A DNA stretch of 64,000 nucleotides from NCBI GenBank assembly GCA_963724295.1, contig CAVRUC010000007.1, forward strand, positions 512,001 to 576,000, read 5' to 3'. Position numbers and translations under genes: made by a program. Below the pieces are notes generated by a model. The model worked only from the letters and a program-made list of their open reading frames with translations, had not been told where the DNA came from and made no database searches. Below, in pieces: positions 32,127 to 42,031 of the stretch; positions within the stretch are counted from its first letter, which is position 1, and each line of letters begins with the position of its first letter. This DNA is from an uncultured Chloroflexia bacterium (GTDB lineage: Bacteria > Chloroflexota > Chloroflexia > Thermomicrobiales > UBA6265).

Positions 32127-33272
32127 TCACGGACGCAGCAGTTGCCGCACCCGTGCGGTCTCTCGCGTCAGGTGGTCGCGCTCCGGCACGCTGATCGCGG
32201 CGCGGGAGGCCTCGGCATACAGCTCGGCGGCGTGCTCGAGGTCGCCAGCGCGCTCGTGCAGGTATGCCTGCACCGCGGCGTAACGGGGCAGGTCGGGGCT
32301 CACGTCAGCCAGCGCCGCCAGGCCGGCCCGCGGTCCGTCGGCTTCCCCGACCGCCACCGCGCGGTTGAGCCGCACCACCGGGCTGTCGGTGAGGAACAGC
32401 AGTTCGTCGTACCACTCCACGATCTGCGGCCAGTCCGTCTCGGATGTCGTCCGGGCGTCCGCGTGCAGGGCGGCGATCGCCGCCTGTGCCTGGTATTCAC
32501 CCAGTCGGTCGCGGGCCAGCGCGGCCTGCAGAATCGTCACCCCCTCAGTGATCAGGCCGGTATCCCAGCGCGATCGGTCCTGCTCACCAAGCGGCACCAG
32601 GCGACCTCTCGGGCCGGTGCGAGACGCGCGGCGCGCATGGTGCAGCAGCATGAGCGCGAGCAGCCCCGCGACCTCGGGCTCGTCGGTCAAGGCGACGAGC
32701 TGGCGGGTGAGGCGGATCGCTTCGGCCGCCAGGTCGACGTTTCCGCTGTATCCCTCGTTGAAGACGAGGTAGAGCACGCGCAGCACCGTCCCCAGATCGC
32801 CGGGCTGGTCGAGCGGCAGCCCCGCGATCCGCCGCTTGGCCCGGCTGATCCGCTGCGCCATGGTCGCCTCGGGGACGAGGTAAGCCGTCGCGATCTGCCG
32901 CGTCGTCAGGCCACCGACCGCGCGCAGCGTCAAGGCGACAGCCGAGGTCCGCGGCAGAGCGGGGTGCGCACACAGGAAGTAGAGCCGCAGCGTGTCGTCC
33001 GTGGCGGGCACTGGACCGGAGGGAGGCTCGACCTCCACGGTAAGTTCCCGCCTCCGCCGTGACGCCTCGGCGCGGGCAGCGTCGAGGAACCTGCGCCACG
33101 CGACCGCGATGAGCCATGCCTTCGCATCGCGTGGTGGATCATCCGGCCAGGTTTCCAGCGCCCGGATCAGGGCCTCCTGCACGGCATCCTCGGCCGACGC
33201 GAAGTCGGCTCCGCGCCGGACCAGGACACCGATCACCGCGGGCACGAGCCCCCGCAGCAGCGACTCGTTCAC
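32127..33272 (-). CDS. ECF sigma factor with TPR-like C-terminal extension (ECF42-type)
   Basis: AEDAVQEA, FLCAHP, MAQRISRAK, YLVFNEGY, QDRSRWD, TDWPQI; adjacent DGPF/YCII gene. Confidence 0.9.
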   Translation of the reverse strand: MNESLLRGLVPAVIGVLVRRGADFASAEDAVQEALIRALETWPDDPPRDAKAWLIAVAWRRFLDAARAEASRRRRELTVEVEPPSGPVPATDDTLRLYFLCAHPALPRTSAVALTLRAVGGLTTRQIATAYLVPEATMAQRISRAKRRIAGLPLDQPGDLGTVLRVLYLVFNEGYSGNVDLAAEAIRLTRQLVALTDEPEVAGLLALMLLHHARRASRTGPRGRLVPLGEQDRSRWDTGLITEGVTILQAALARDRLGEYQAQAAIAALHADARTTSETDWPQIVEWYDELLFLTDSPVVRLNRAVAVGEADGPRAGLAALADVSPDLPRYAAVQAYLHERAGDLEHAAELYAEASRAAISVPERDHLTRETARVRQLLRP

Positions 33273-33679
33273 TCGGTGATTGTGGTCGACTCAGTGAGAA
33301 ACGGTCGCACCTCAAGCCATTCGTGGATCGGCTCGCCTCCGGCTCCGGGGGCGGCGGAGAGATCCCCAGCCAGCTGGACCGCGCGATCCCAGGACTCCAC
33401 GTCGATGACCATCCAGCCGGCGATGAGGTCCTTGGTCTCGGCGAACGGACCATCGGTTACCGGCGGGCGCCCCTCGCCGTCATACCGCACGAACGCGCCG
33501 TCGGGCGCCAGTGCTTGGCCATCGACGAACTCACCCGTCTCCTCCAAGCGGGCTGCGAAATCGCGCATGTACTGCATGTGCGCGTCAACCTCCTCCGGTG
33601 TCCATTGGTCCATCGGTGCGTCGTTGACCGCTGCCGGCGCGCCTCGGTAATGCTTGAGCAGCAGGTACTTGGCCATCAT
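33269..33679 (-). CDS. YCII/DGPF-domain protein
   Basis: MAKYLLL...TDGPFAETKDLIAGW...EVRP; AAGGAG RBS. Confidence 0.92.
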   Translation of the reverse strand: MMAKYLLLKHYRGAPAAVNDAPMDQWTPEEVDAHMQYMRDFAARLEETGEFVDGQALAPDGAFVRYDGEGRPPVTDGPFAETKDLIAGWMVIDVESWDRAVQLAGDLSAAPGAGGEPIHEWLEVRPFLTESTTITE

Positions 33680-33891
33680 ATTCTCCTTCGTGCGGTCCGG
33701 CCCATTGTGGCCGTGTTCACTCCAGGGACGGAGCCGCGCACGGATTCTCGACATCCCACCGCGATAATTTCTGGCGGACTTCGATGTAACCACGCACTCC
33801 CAGGCACCGCTCCGACCTCGCGCAAGAGGATCCGCGTGCGGAACGCGAGTGGGATCGCTTAGGTTGGCCGTGGGTCGGCCGCAACGCACCG

Positions 33892-34332
33892 TTAGCTGAG
33901 TTGCTCGGCCAGCGCGACGATGATCCCCGCGGGGCCGCGGAGGTAGCAGAGCCGATAGCTGTCCTCGTACTGCGCCAGCTCGCCAAGGAGTTCGGCGCCA
34001 TGAGTGCGCAGGCGGGCAACGACGTCGTCGATGTCGTCGACAGCGAACATGACCCGATGCAGGCCCAGCGTGTTGGGTGGCGGGTTCTCTGGCTCGGCGC
34101 TGACCGCCGCGGGAGTGTGGTACTTCGTCAGCTCCAGCCGGCCGTGTCCGTCCGGGGTCCGCATCATCGCGATGTCGCTCCGGACGTCGTCGAGTCCGAC
34201 AGTGCGGTCTGCCCAACCGCCTTCGATCTGCGCCTTGCCTTCCAGCTCCATGCCGAGTTCGACGAAGAACGCCAATGCAGCCTCAAGGTCGTCGACGACG
34301 ATGCCGACGTTGTCCATCCGCTGAATGGTCAT
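33892..34332 (-). CDS. VOC (glyoxalase/bleomycin resistance) family protein
   Basis: MDNVGIVVDDL...LELTKY...FAVDDID...YLRGPAG. Confidence 0.9.
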   Translation of the reverse strand: MTIQRMDNVGIVVDDLEAALAFFVELGMELEGKAQIEGGWADRTVGLDDVRSDIAMMRTPDGHGRLELTKYHTPAAVSAEPENPPPNTLGLHRVMFAVDDIDDVVARLRTHGAELLGELAQYEDSYRLCYLRGPAGIIVALAEQLS

Positions 34333-34493
34333 GGTGGCTCTCCTTCTTCCTCACGCGGGCCGTCGTGGCCGCTCGTGTCACTGGGACGGGGCCAGCGCCA
34401 CATTGTCGACACTCGACACGACAACTTCCCCAGCCCGCTCCCGCTCTACCCGGCAGTGGCCGGCAACGCGGTCAGGCGGCGAGGCGAATCGAC

Positions 34494-35318
34494 TCAGACG
34501 GAGCCACGCGGATCGCCCGCCTGGGCCAGACACCAGCTCGCCATCCTGTCCGCCCGGTCGATCCAGACGTCCCCCAGATCGATGGCATAGTCGAGCAGCC
34601 ACGCCAGCGCCCGAGAGGGACCGGGTCGGCCGGAGACGAAGGGATGAAGCGTGAGGCACATCATCCCGCCCTCGTCGCGCAAGACGTCGAGGTCCTCGCG
34701 CCAGATCTCGAACGCCTGCTGGGGCGGGAGCACGGTATCGACAAAGAACGTGTAGTCATCGAACCATCGGGAAGGAGGGAATTGCACCAGCGGCGGAAGC
34801 GCTGTATTCGGCTGAATGAGGTACGGCACATCGCCCGCGGGCTCGTCCATCACCCACAGCAGGCCCAGTTCCTGGGCCAGCCGGTGCGTTGCTTCGTCGT
34901 AGCGCCAGCTCGCCGTCTTGTGCCCGACGGGAGTCATTCCCGAAATACGCTTCAGGGTTTGCAGTGACCGCTGCATGTCGGCGCGCTGTTCATCGGGGGT
35001 CATCCGGTTGTACGGGCGGTGATCCCAGGAGTGCAGGGCGATCTCATGACCCGCCGCCACGGCGGCGCGCACATGCAGCGGCTGGTCCTCCGCGGCGCGT
35101 CCCACCCAACAAAATGTCGCCAGGGTCTCGCGGTCACCAAGCACCGAAAGCAGACGCTCAGTGCCTCGCGGGTCATAGGCCGTCTGCGAGATCCAGTACA
35201 TGTCGTCCGGCCGGAAATTGGCTTCGCCGTAGCGACCGTCGACGTCGATCGTCACCGAGAGCGCGCAGCGGTACCCCGGCGGCCACCGCTCGGCCATTCC
35301 CGGTCCCGGGTCAACCAC
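34494..35318 (-). CDS. Polysaccharide deacetylase (CE4/PuuE-like) family protein
   Basis: TIDVD, ATF, GHEIALHSWDH, LHPFVSGRP. Confidence 0.87.
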   Translation of the reverse strand: MVDPGPGMAERWPPGYRCALSVTIDVDGRYGEANFRPDDMYWISQTAYDPRGTERLLSVLGDRETLATFCWVGRAAEDQPLHVRAAVAAGHEIALHSWDHRPYNRMTPDEQRADMQRSLQTLKRISGMTPVGHKTASWRYDEATHRLAQELGLLWVMDEPAGDVPYLIQPNTALPPLVQFPPSRWFDDYTFFVDTVLPPQQAFEIWREDLDVLRDEGGMMCLTLHPFVSGRPGPSRALAWLLDYAIDLGDVWIDRADRMASWCLAQAGDPRGSV

Positions 35319-36516
35319 TCGCGCTGGCCCTCAGGTCTGCACGTGCGAGGTCCGCGATCGCCGCGGCGAGTCCTTCCACTTCTTCTTCGGTGTTCCACCA
35401 GCCGATTGACGCTCGCGCCGAGACCGTACATGGCGCGGTCTCGACGTAGCGGATGGTGTAGCCACGGTCGTAGAGCTGAGCGGTGACCTCCTGTGGAGAG
35501 AGATTCGCAATGGTGAAATTCACGAGTCCCGCCATAGGCTCGCCCGGCGTGATGACCGTGACACCATCGATGCTCGTCAGCCGGCGCCGGAAATCAGCGC
35601 CCAGCGTGGCGACGCGGTCGTACGCCCAGTCGAGACCGACCTCGTCGCGCAGCCAGCGCAGCGCGGTCTCTTGGGCTGCTATCGCCGGGCTATAGAACTC
35701 GCCGACCTCATATCGCTTGGCGCCCTCCGCGGGGATAAAATAGCCGCTCGGCTCGAACTGCCCGTAACGGGCGTAGGTCGGCGCAATATCGGCAAAGCGA
35801 GCTCGTCGCACGTAGAGGAGACCGGTCCCTTCCGGACCGCAGAGCCACTTTTGACCGGCCATCGCGTAGGCGTCGATGCCCATGGCGTGTAGATCCACCG
35901 GCACCTGACCGGCGGACTGCGCTCCGTCGACGATGACCATCAGCTCGTGACGCCGGGCGAGCTCGCTGATCTCACGCAGGGGAAGCACGGCTCCCGTTGA
36001 CCAGAGGACATGCGAGATGGCGATCGCCCGCGTGCGGGAGGTGATTCGATCGGCGAGAGCCTCGACTACCCCCGACCCACCGTCGCCGACATTCGCGTAC
36101 CGGGTGACGACCCCAAACCGGCGAGCGAGGAGCGCAAGCGGCAACATCAGCCCGGGGTGCTCTTCGAAGGTGGTGATCACTTCATCGCCGGCACTCCAGG
36201 TCATCCCCATCAGCGCCGTGCCCAGTCCTTCCGTGGCGCTGTGGGTGAGGGCGATCTCGTCGGCGTCAGCGCCAAAGACAGTCGCCGCCATGGCCGCGAA
36301 ACGGCGGTTCCGGTCGCGGTTCTCCATGTAGGTGCCCGGTACGATGCGTCCCTGCTCCAGCTCGCGGCGAGCGGCCGCATCAGCGGCTTCGAAAGCCACG
36401 ATCGGAATCGGGCCGTTCGAGCCGGTATTGAAGTAGCCGGTGCTCTGCACCGCGGGCAGCTGCGCCCGCAATGTGTCGACTTTCGCGTCCGTTGCCCTTG
36501 CGGTTACCACAGCCAT
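35311..36516 (-). CDS. Class V PLP enzyme (cysteine/cystine lyase or CefD-like)
   Basis: YFNTG, EHP, SHVLWSTG, DGAQ, GQKWLCGPEGTG. Confidence 0.88.
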   Translation of the reverse strand: MAVVTARATDAKVDTLRAQLPAVQSTGYFNTGSNGPIPIVAFEAADAAARRELEQGRIVPGTYMENRDRNRRFAAMAATVFGADADEIALTHSATEGLGTALMGMTWSAGDEVITTFEEHPGLMLPLALLARRFGVVTRYANVGDGGSGVVEALADRITSRTRAIAISHVLWSTGAVLPLREISELARRHELMVIVDGAQSAGQVPVDLHAMGIDAYAMAGQKWLCGPEGTGLLYVRRARFADIAPTYARYGQFEPSGYFIPAEGAKRYEVGEFYSPAIAAQETALRWLRDEVGLDWAYDRVATLGADFRRRLTSIDGVTVITPGEPMAGLVNFTIANLSPQEVTAQLYDRGYTIRYVETAPCTVSARASIGWWNTEEEVEGLAAAIADLARADLRASASG

Positions 36517-36546
36517 CGTTCGATCGATCTCCTCGCTGCCGCTCGT

Positions 36547-37773
36547 CTACCGCTGGTCCGCCGCCGCCAACGCCCGGTCCAGGTCGGCGATGATGTCTTC
36601 GACGTCCTCGATGCCGACGGACAGGCGGACCAGACCGTCCGATATTCCGATCTTCGCCCGCTCCTCTGCGGGCACCGCGCGATGCGAGGATATGGTCGGA
36701 TAGAGCACCAGACTGTAGACGTCGCCGAGCGTCGTCGCCGGCACGATGAGCCGCAATGCCTCGAAGAAGCGGAACACGTCGTCGCGGCCGGCATCGCGGA
36801 CGTCGAACGAGATCATCCCGCCGCGCTCGCTCCGATTGAACATCGACTCCGCTGCGCCGAGATCCTGGAGCCCGGGGTAGTTGACGCGTGAGACGCGAGG
36901 ATCATGCGCGAGCCAGGTCGCAACGGCTGCCGCGTTGTCACTCTGTTGTTTCATCCGCAGGGGGAGCGTCTTGAGCCCGCGCAGTGTCAGCCACGACTCG
37001 AATGGTCCGGCCACCGATCCGATCAGCTTGTTGATCTCGCGCAGCGCGGCGGCGCGCTCGGCCGTGGTTGCGATGACCCCGCCGGTGACATCACCATGCC
37101 CGCCGAGATACTTGGTGGTCGAGTGGATGACCGAATCGACGCCGAGCGCCGCGGGATTCACCAGCCAGGGTGTCGCGAAGGTGTTGTCGACCGCGACCCT
37201 GGCGTCATGCCGATGCGCCAGCGCGGCGACCTCTCGCAAATTCGCGACCCGCAAGAGTGGGTTCGATATCGTTTCGGCATAGACCAGCGCGGGTCGCGCC
37301 GAGTCCAGCGCCCGCTCGAGGGCATCGAGATCGAGCAGGTCGACGAACATCGTCTCGATGCCAAGGCTGGGGAGCAGCCTGTTGAGGATGGCATAGGTAG
37401 CGCCGTAGACGTCCGGCGCGGCGACGATTCGCTGCCCGGCGCGGACGTCGAGGAGCATCGCCGCGTAGACCGCCCCCATCCCGGATGCAAACGCGACCGC
37501 GTCTTCCGTCCCTTCCAGGGATGCGATCGCGGACTCCAGGGCGCTCGTCGTCGGGTTGGCATAGCGCGTGTATACGTATCCCTGGCGCTCGTTGCCGAAC
37601 ACCGCGTCGAGCGTGTCGGTGTCGTCATAGACAAACGCGGTGGCCGGGTAGATGGGGGTGGCGGTTGGAGTAAAGTCGGGACGCGGCCCGCGCTCTCCGG
37701 CGTGGACGGCGCGGCTGGCGAACCCCAGGTCAGTGACCTCGGGCTTTCCCGCGCTCGTTTGGGGCGATGTCAA
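36547..37773 (-). CDS. Trans-sulfuration PLP enzyme (cystathionine gamma-synthase/methionine gamma-lyase family)
   Basis: YTRYANPT, ASGMGA, VDNTFATP, HSTTKYLGGHGD, LVRLSVGIED. Confidence 0.92.
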   Translation of the reverse strand: MTSPQTSAGKPEVTDLGFASRAVHAGERGPRPDFTPTATPIYPATAFVYDDTDTLDAVFGNERQGYVYTRYANPTTSALESAIASLEGTEDAVAFASGMGAVYAAMLLDVRAGQRIVAAPDVYGATYAILNRLLPSLGIETMFVDLLDLDALERALDSARPALVYAETISNPLLRVANLREVAALAHRHDARVAVDNTFATPWLVNPAALGVDSVIHSTTKYLGGHGDVTGGVIATTAERAAALREINKLIGSVAGPFESWLTLRGLKTLPLRMKQQSDNAAAVATWLAHDPRVSRVNYPGLQDLGAAESMFNRSERGGMISFDVRDAGRDDVFRFFEALRLIVPATTLGDVYSLVLYPTISSHRAVPAEERAKIGISDGLVRLSVGIEDVEDIIADLDRALAAADQR

Positions 37774-37877
37774 AACGGGGCTCCTGACATGAAAGACGGC
37801 CGTTGATTACAGGCAGGGAGTCTAGGATTCGACCGGTTGAGCGTCAACGATCGGCGGACGCTCGCTCGCGGGTTTGG

Positions 37878-38897
37878 ATGATTCAGATGCCAGACGCTAC
37901 AGAGAACCAGTTCCTCGGCACACTGCTCGGCATGGCCATCGGCGACGCCCTTGGTGCACCCGTCAGCGGCATGGAGCGGTCCGAGATCGCCGCCCGGTTC
38001 GGCCCGATCGATCGCTATCACGGCAATGCCCAGCCTGGCGCCGAAGAGGTTCATCCTGGCGAGTTCACCGATGAGACGGAGCTCGCCCTCTGCATCGTGG
38101 AGTCGATGACCGCGAATCGCGGCGTCCTCGATGCGGACACCGCCGGGGTGCGGATGCTCCATCTGGCTGCCGGCCCGTCCCGGCGCTGGATGCAGCCGGC
38201 GACAGCGGCCGCCCTCGACGCGGCCGCCGAGACACTGGAATTTTCCGTACCGCTCGACGAGGACGGGCCGGCCACCGGGGACATCGCGGCACGGGGCGTT
38301 CCGGTCGGACTCGTGCACGCGGTGGGACGATTCGATCCCGCCCGGCTGCGCGCCGACGCCGAGGCCGTCGTCCGTCTCACCCATGGCGGTCCAGCGGCCT
38401 TCAACGCCGCGACCGCTGTCGCCTATGCCGTGCGGCTGGCCGCCACTGGCGAGCCGCGGCAGTCCTGGGCACGCGAGACCGCAGAGTTCCTCGGCGGCGG
38501 GGAGCTGGCCGAGCGCTTGCTCGAGCTCGACGCTCGCCTTGACGGCTCCACTCTACCCGCCCTCTTCGATTGGACTGGTACGGGGCTCGACGCGCTCGAA
38601 TCAGTCCCGGCGGCCTTCGCCGCGGCGATGACCGAGACCGTCTTCGAGAAGGCGGTCTTTGCCGCCGTCAGCGCGGGCGGCGCTACCGACACCATCGGAG
38701 CGCTGACCGGAGCGCTGGCCGGTGCGGCCGGCGGCGCCGCGGGCATCCCGCAAGACCTGATCGACGGACTCGAAGGGCGGATCTACGTCTCGCTGGCCGC
38801 ACCCTGGTTCCACAAGGCCGCCCGCCAGCGGGCCGGACAGCAGATCGACCTCAGACCGGTGCACGGCCCGCGCCCGGAGCTACCGCCCAGATATTGA
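37878..38897 (+). CDS. ADP-ribosylglycohydrolase family protein (divergent active site)
   Basis: GMAIGDALG, GEFTDET, LTH, GGATDTIGALTGALAGA. Confidence 0.88.
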   Translation: MIQMPDATENQFLGTLLGMAIGDALGAPVSGMERSEIAARFGPIDRYHGNAQPGAEEVHPGEFTDETELALCIVESMTANRGVLDADTAGVRMLHLAAGPSRRWMQPATAAALDAAAETLEFSVPLDEDGPATGDIAARGVPVGLVHAVGRFDPARLRADAEAVVRLTHGGPAAFNAATAVAYAVRLAATGEPRQSWARETAEFLGGGELAERLLELDARLDGSTLPALFDWTGTGLDALESVPAAFAAAMTETVFEKAVFAAVSAGGATDTIGALTGALAGAAGGAAGIPQDLIDGLEGRIYVSLAAPWFHKAARQRAGQQIDLRPVHGPRPELPPRY

Positions 38898-38898
38898 G

Positions 38899-39030
38899 AG
38901 GGTGGCAGGGTTGCTGGGTCGCAGGAAGACTGTCGTCCATCACTCTCTGCTCGCCGCTGCCGACCCTGCCACCCCGCCGGCGCCTTCCGACCTCCGACCT
39001 CCGTCACCGTCTCGCCGTCTCGCCGTCTCC
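38899..39030. repeat. Intergenic octamer/heptamer repeat cluster between convergent genes
   Basis: GGGTGGCA GGGTTGCT GGGTCGCA ... CCCTGCCACCCC; TCCGACC x2; CCGTCTCG x2-3. Confidence 0.7.
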
Positions 39031-39034
39031 GGGC

Positions 39035-39955
39035 CTACTTCAGCCGTGGATCCAGCACGTCGCGGAGTCCGTCGCCGAGCAGGTTCAGACCGAGGACGAC
39101 GGCGACGATCGCGACTCCCGGCACCGTGGTCACCCAGTGGCTCTGCAACATGTAGTTCCGTCCTTCGGCAATCATCACGCCGAGGCTGGGCAGTGGCGGC
39201 TGCGCGCCCATGCCGATGAAGGAGAGCCCGGCCTCGACGATGATGGCCAGTGCCACGTAATAGGAGGCCATCACCAGCGCCGGGGCCAGGACATTCGGCA
39301 GCACGTGCCGGAGCAGGATGCGCGGCTCGCCCAGGCCGCTGGCTCGCGCCGCCTGCACGAACTCCTCCTCGCGCAGCCCGAGCACTTCACCGCGCACCAC
39401 GCGGGCGAACCCCGCCCAGTTGATCAATCCCACCGCCAGAATCGTGGCCGGCAACCCCGGACCGAGCGAGCCGGCAAGGATGACCGCCAGCAGGATGAGC
39501 GGAAACCCCCAGGTGAACTCCACGATGCCGCTGATCAGACTATCGGCCCAGCCACGGCGGTAGCCGGCGATGGCCCCGGCGGCGGTGCCGACGATCAGCG
39601 AGATCGCGGTCACCCCGAAGCCGACGATGAGCGAGATGCGAACGCCGGTGACCAGGCGTGAAAAGAGGTCGCGCCCGACCTGATCGGTCCCCAGCAGGTG
39701 CCCGTCGCTCAACGGCGGCAGGTTCGCCTGCAACAAGTTTTGCTTCGCGTAGTCGTAGGGGGCGAAGGCCGGGCCGATCAGCCCGAGCAGGATGTACGCC
39801 AGCGCGACGAACGACCCGAACAGCGCCAGCGGATTCCGGGCCAGACGGCGCCACGCCACCACGATCGGGCTCGCTCCATGCACGGCTCGGGCAGGGAGCG
39901 AACCGGGGAGTGCCGGCGCGTCCAGGGGGCTGAGAGTACCGACCGCCTCACGCAT
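39035..39955 (-). CDS. Peptide/nickel ABC transporter permease (DppC-like)
   Basis: HLLGTDQVGRD, EFVQAARASG, RHVLPN, NLLGDGLRD. Confidence 0.93.
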   Translation of the reverse strand: MREAVGTLSPLDAPALPGSLPARAVHGASPIVVAWRRLARNPLALFGSFVALAYILLGLIGPAFAPYDYAKQNLLQANLPPLSDGHLLGTDQVGRDLFSRLVTGVRISLIVGFGVTAISLIVGTAAGAIAGYRRGWADSLISGIVEFTWGFPLILLAVILAGSLGPGLPATILAVGLINWAGFARVVRGEVLGLREEEFVQAARASGLGEPRILLRHVLPNVLAPALVMASYYVALAIIVEAGLSFIGMGAQPPLPSLGVMIAEGRNYMLQSHWVTTVPGVAIVAVVLGLNLLGDGLRDVLDPRLK

Positions 39956-40868
39956 GCCCGATCCGGGGATCGGCGATCCCGTAGGCTACGTCCGCCAGCA
40001 GATTTGCGATGATGACCACGGTCACCAGCAGGAGCGAGAAAAACTGGGCCACCGGGTAATCCCGACGCAGCACCGCATCGACCAGCAGGTAGCCGATCCC
40101 TGGCCACTGAAAGATCGTCTCGACGATCAAGGCGTAGCCGACGAGCCAACCCAGTCGCAGACCCGCCAGCGAAATCAGCGGATTGAGCGCATTGCGGAAA
40201 ACGCGGCCATAGAGAACTGTCGTTTCAGAGAGCCCCTTGGCCCGATGCGTCCGCACGTAATCCAGCCCCAGCTGCTCCAGCATCGAGGAGCGGGTCATGC
40301 GGATGGTCACCGCCACACCCTCCGCCGCCAGGACTATGGCGGGCAGAATCAGCTGCTTTGGCTCGCAGCAGCCGCCGGAGGGGAGCCAGTGCAGCTTCGA
40401 TGCAAAGAGGAAGATCAGGAGCAACGCCAACCAGAAGTTGGGCATCCCCATCCCGGCGATGCTGATCCCGGTGATCGCCTGGTCGACAACCGTGTTGCGG
40501 CGGGCGGCGGCCAGCGCGCCCAGCGGCAGCCCGATCGCATAGATCAGGAACATGGCGGCCAGTCCGAGCGCGACGCTATTGCGGCCGTAGAAGCCGAGGA
40601 GGTCCGCGATCGACTTGCCGGTGATGATCGAGCTACCCAGGTCCCCGCGGACCAGATTCTTCAGGTAGACACCGTACTGCACCCAGACCGGCTGGTTGAG
40701 GCCAAGCCGCTCGCGGTAGGCCTCGCGGACCTCCGCGCCCACGGTCGGGCTGAGCACGCCCGCGGTTGGGTCGCCAGGAGCCACGCGCAGCCCGTAGAAG
40801 ACGGCGATGGACGCCACCACGAGCACGATCGCCGTGCGCAGGCCACGGCGGACGAGATAGCCACCCAC
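39948..40868 (-). CDS. Peptide/nickel ABC transporter permease (DppB-like)
   Basis: PGDP, GDLG, PNFWLA, DYVRT..AKGL, ETIFQWPGIG, DPRI. Confidence 0.93.
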   Translation of the reverse strand: MGGYLVRRGLRTAIVLVVASIAVFYGLRVAPGDPTAGVLSPTVGAEVREAYRERLGLNQPVWVQYGVYLKNLVRGDLGSSIITGKSIADLLGFYGRNSVALGLAAMFLIYAIGLPLGALAAARRNTVVDQAITGISIAGMGMPNFWLALLLIFLFASKLHWLPSGGCCEPKQLILPAIVLAAEGVAVTIRMTRSSMLEQLGLDYVRTHRAKGLSETTVLYGRVFRNALNPLISLAGLRLGWLVGYALIVETIFQWPGIGYLLVDAVLRRDYPVAQFFSLLLVTVVIIANLLADVAYGIADPRIGHA

Positions 40869-40872
40869 GCGC

Positions 40873-41798
40873 TAGACCAGTCCGTCCCTACCGCTTTTTC
40901 TTCTTGTGCCGTGCGCTGTCGCCCAACGTGCCAAGCATGTATCGCCCACTGCGCATAGATTTTTGGCGTCGAGTGAGAACGCGGCTTTCAACCGGTATCC
41001 GTCCCCGGCGACAGCATCACTCACAAATGAGTATGGTCCATCCATTGAAGTTGATCAGCTCATCTGCGGGCATCTCCGTTTGCAGACCGGACACGAACGA
41101 GTACGACTTATCAGGGGCAAGCGTGATTGGGGCGTGGTGAGAGTCAGCTTCACCGAGACCTTCCGGTATCGTCTCGATGCGCGTCAGTACGACATCGACG
41201 TCCTCGCGATTCGTCACCTTGAACAACTTCGGTCGGAACCGAACCAACCTGTCCTGCGAACAGAAGGTCGACCTTGAGCCGTGGGCGAAGGCTCTCGCTT
41301 TGCCGTGCGCTCTGCCTTCCGCTGGTCCTTGCGAAGCCGTTGAGCATTCCGCTTGGTGTCCAATCGCGTCCGCTTCTTGGTGCTCTTGGCATCCTTGCGG
41401 GCCTTGGTCGCCGCGATGCGCGCTTCCTGTTCGGCCAGGGGATCAGTCGTGGGTGCGGTCGAGGCTGCCTGCACCAGCGCGGTGGCCTCTTCGACCGCGG
41501 TCTCGCTGAACGGGGAGATCAGCGTGGTGCCGGTGGAGACCATGCCGCCCTCACCGGGGACGCAGATGCCGTAGCTGGTGTTGATGGCAGAGGTGACGCA
41601 GGTCAGTCCGTCGCAGCAACCTGAAACGAGCGTGCAGACAGCGCCCTCTTCACCGCACGTCGTGGGACCGAGCTGAGATCCGATGGCCACCCGCTGACCG
41701 AGCACGCCGATCGCGCCACCGGTCAGGGCCACCAGCCAGCGGCGGCTGCCGGTCTTCGCGAACGCTCGGGCTAGTCGGTCGAGCTTGGCGTCGTCCAT
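40873..41798 (-). CDS. Tat-exported Cys-rich (knottin-like) protein with basic helix and C-terminal domain; apparently frameshifted
   Basis: MDDAKLDRLARAF..SRRWL leader; C-x6-C-x5-CC-x4-C-x11-C; K/R-rich tract; plausible continuation in other frames (LKVDLLF..., KVTNREDVDVVLTRIE...). The 3' end is uncertain. Confidence 0.65.
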
Positions 41799-41957
41799 AC
41801 CCGTTCCTACTCCGGGGCTCTCCGGCTTCTTCGCCTCATGCGACGGGCCTGCGCATTGTACAGCTTGTCTCCAGAACTCGGGACCAAGGACAAGTCGTCG
41901 ATTTGCTACCTGGAATGCGAGTTCCACTTCCGGCGCCAAAGCGTGCGGAGGATTTCT

Positions 41958-41996
41958 ACAAAGCGGAGGGCGGTGCAATAGCACCGCCCTCCGCTC
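41958..41996 (-). terminator. Terminator downstream of the peptide-binding protein gene
   Basis: AGCGGAGGGCGGTGC-AATA-GCACCGCCCTCCGCT; T-tract on the minus strand. Confidence 0.8.
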
Positions 41997-42031
41997 AACT
42001 CAATTCAGACCTCCAAGAGTCGAATACCAAC

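Noticed and set aside
32127..33679. ECF sigma factor plus DGPF protein as a novel system
   Set aside because: This is the already described ECF42 arrangement.
33680..34216. Long N-terminal extension of the YCII protein in the ORF track
   Set aside because: It overlaps the VOC gene in another frame; the true start follows the AAGGAG RBS at 33679.
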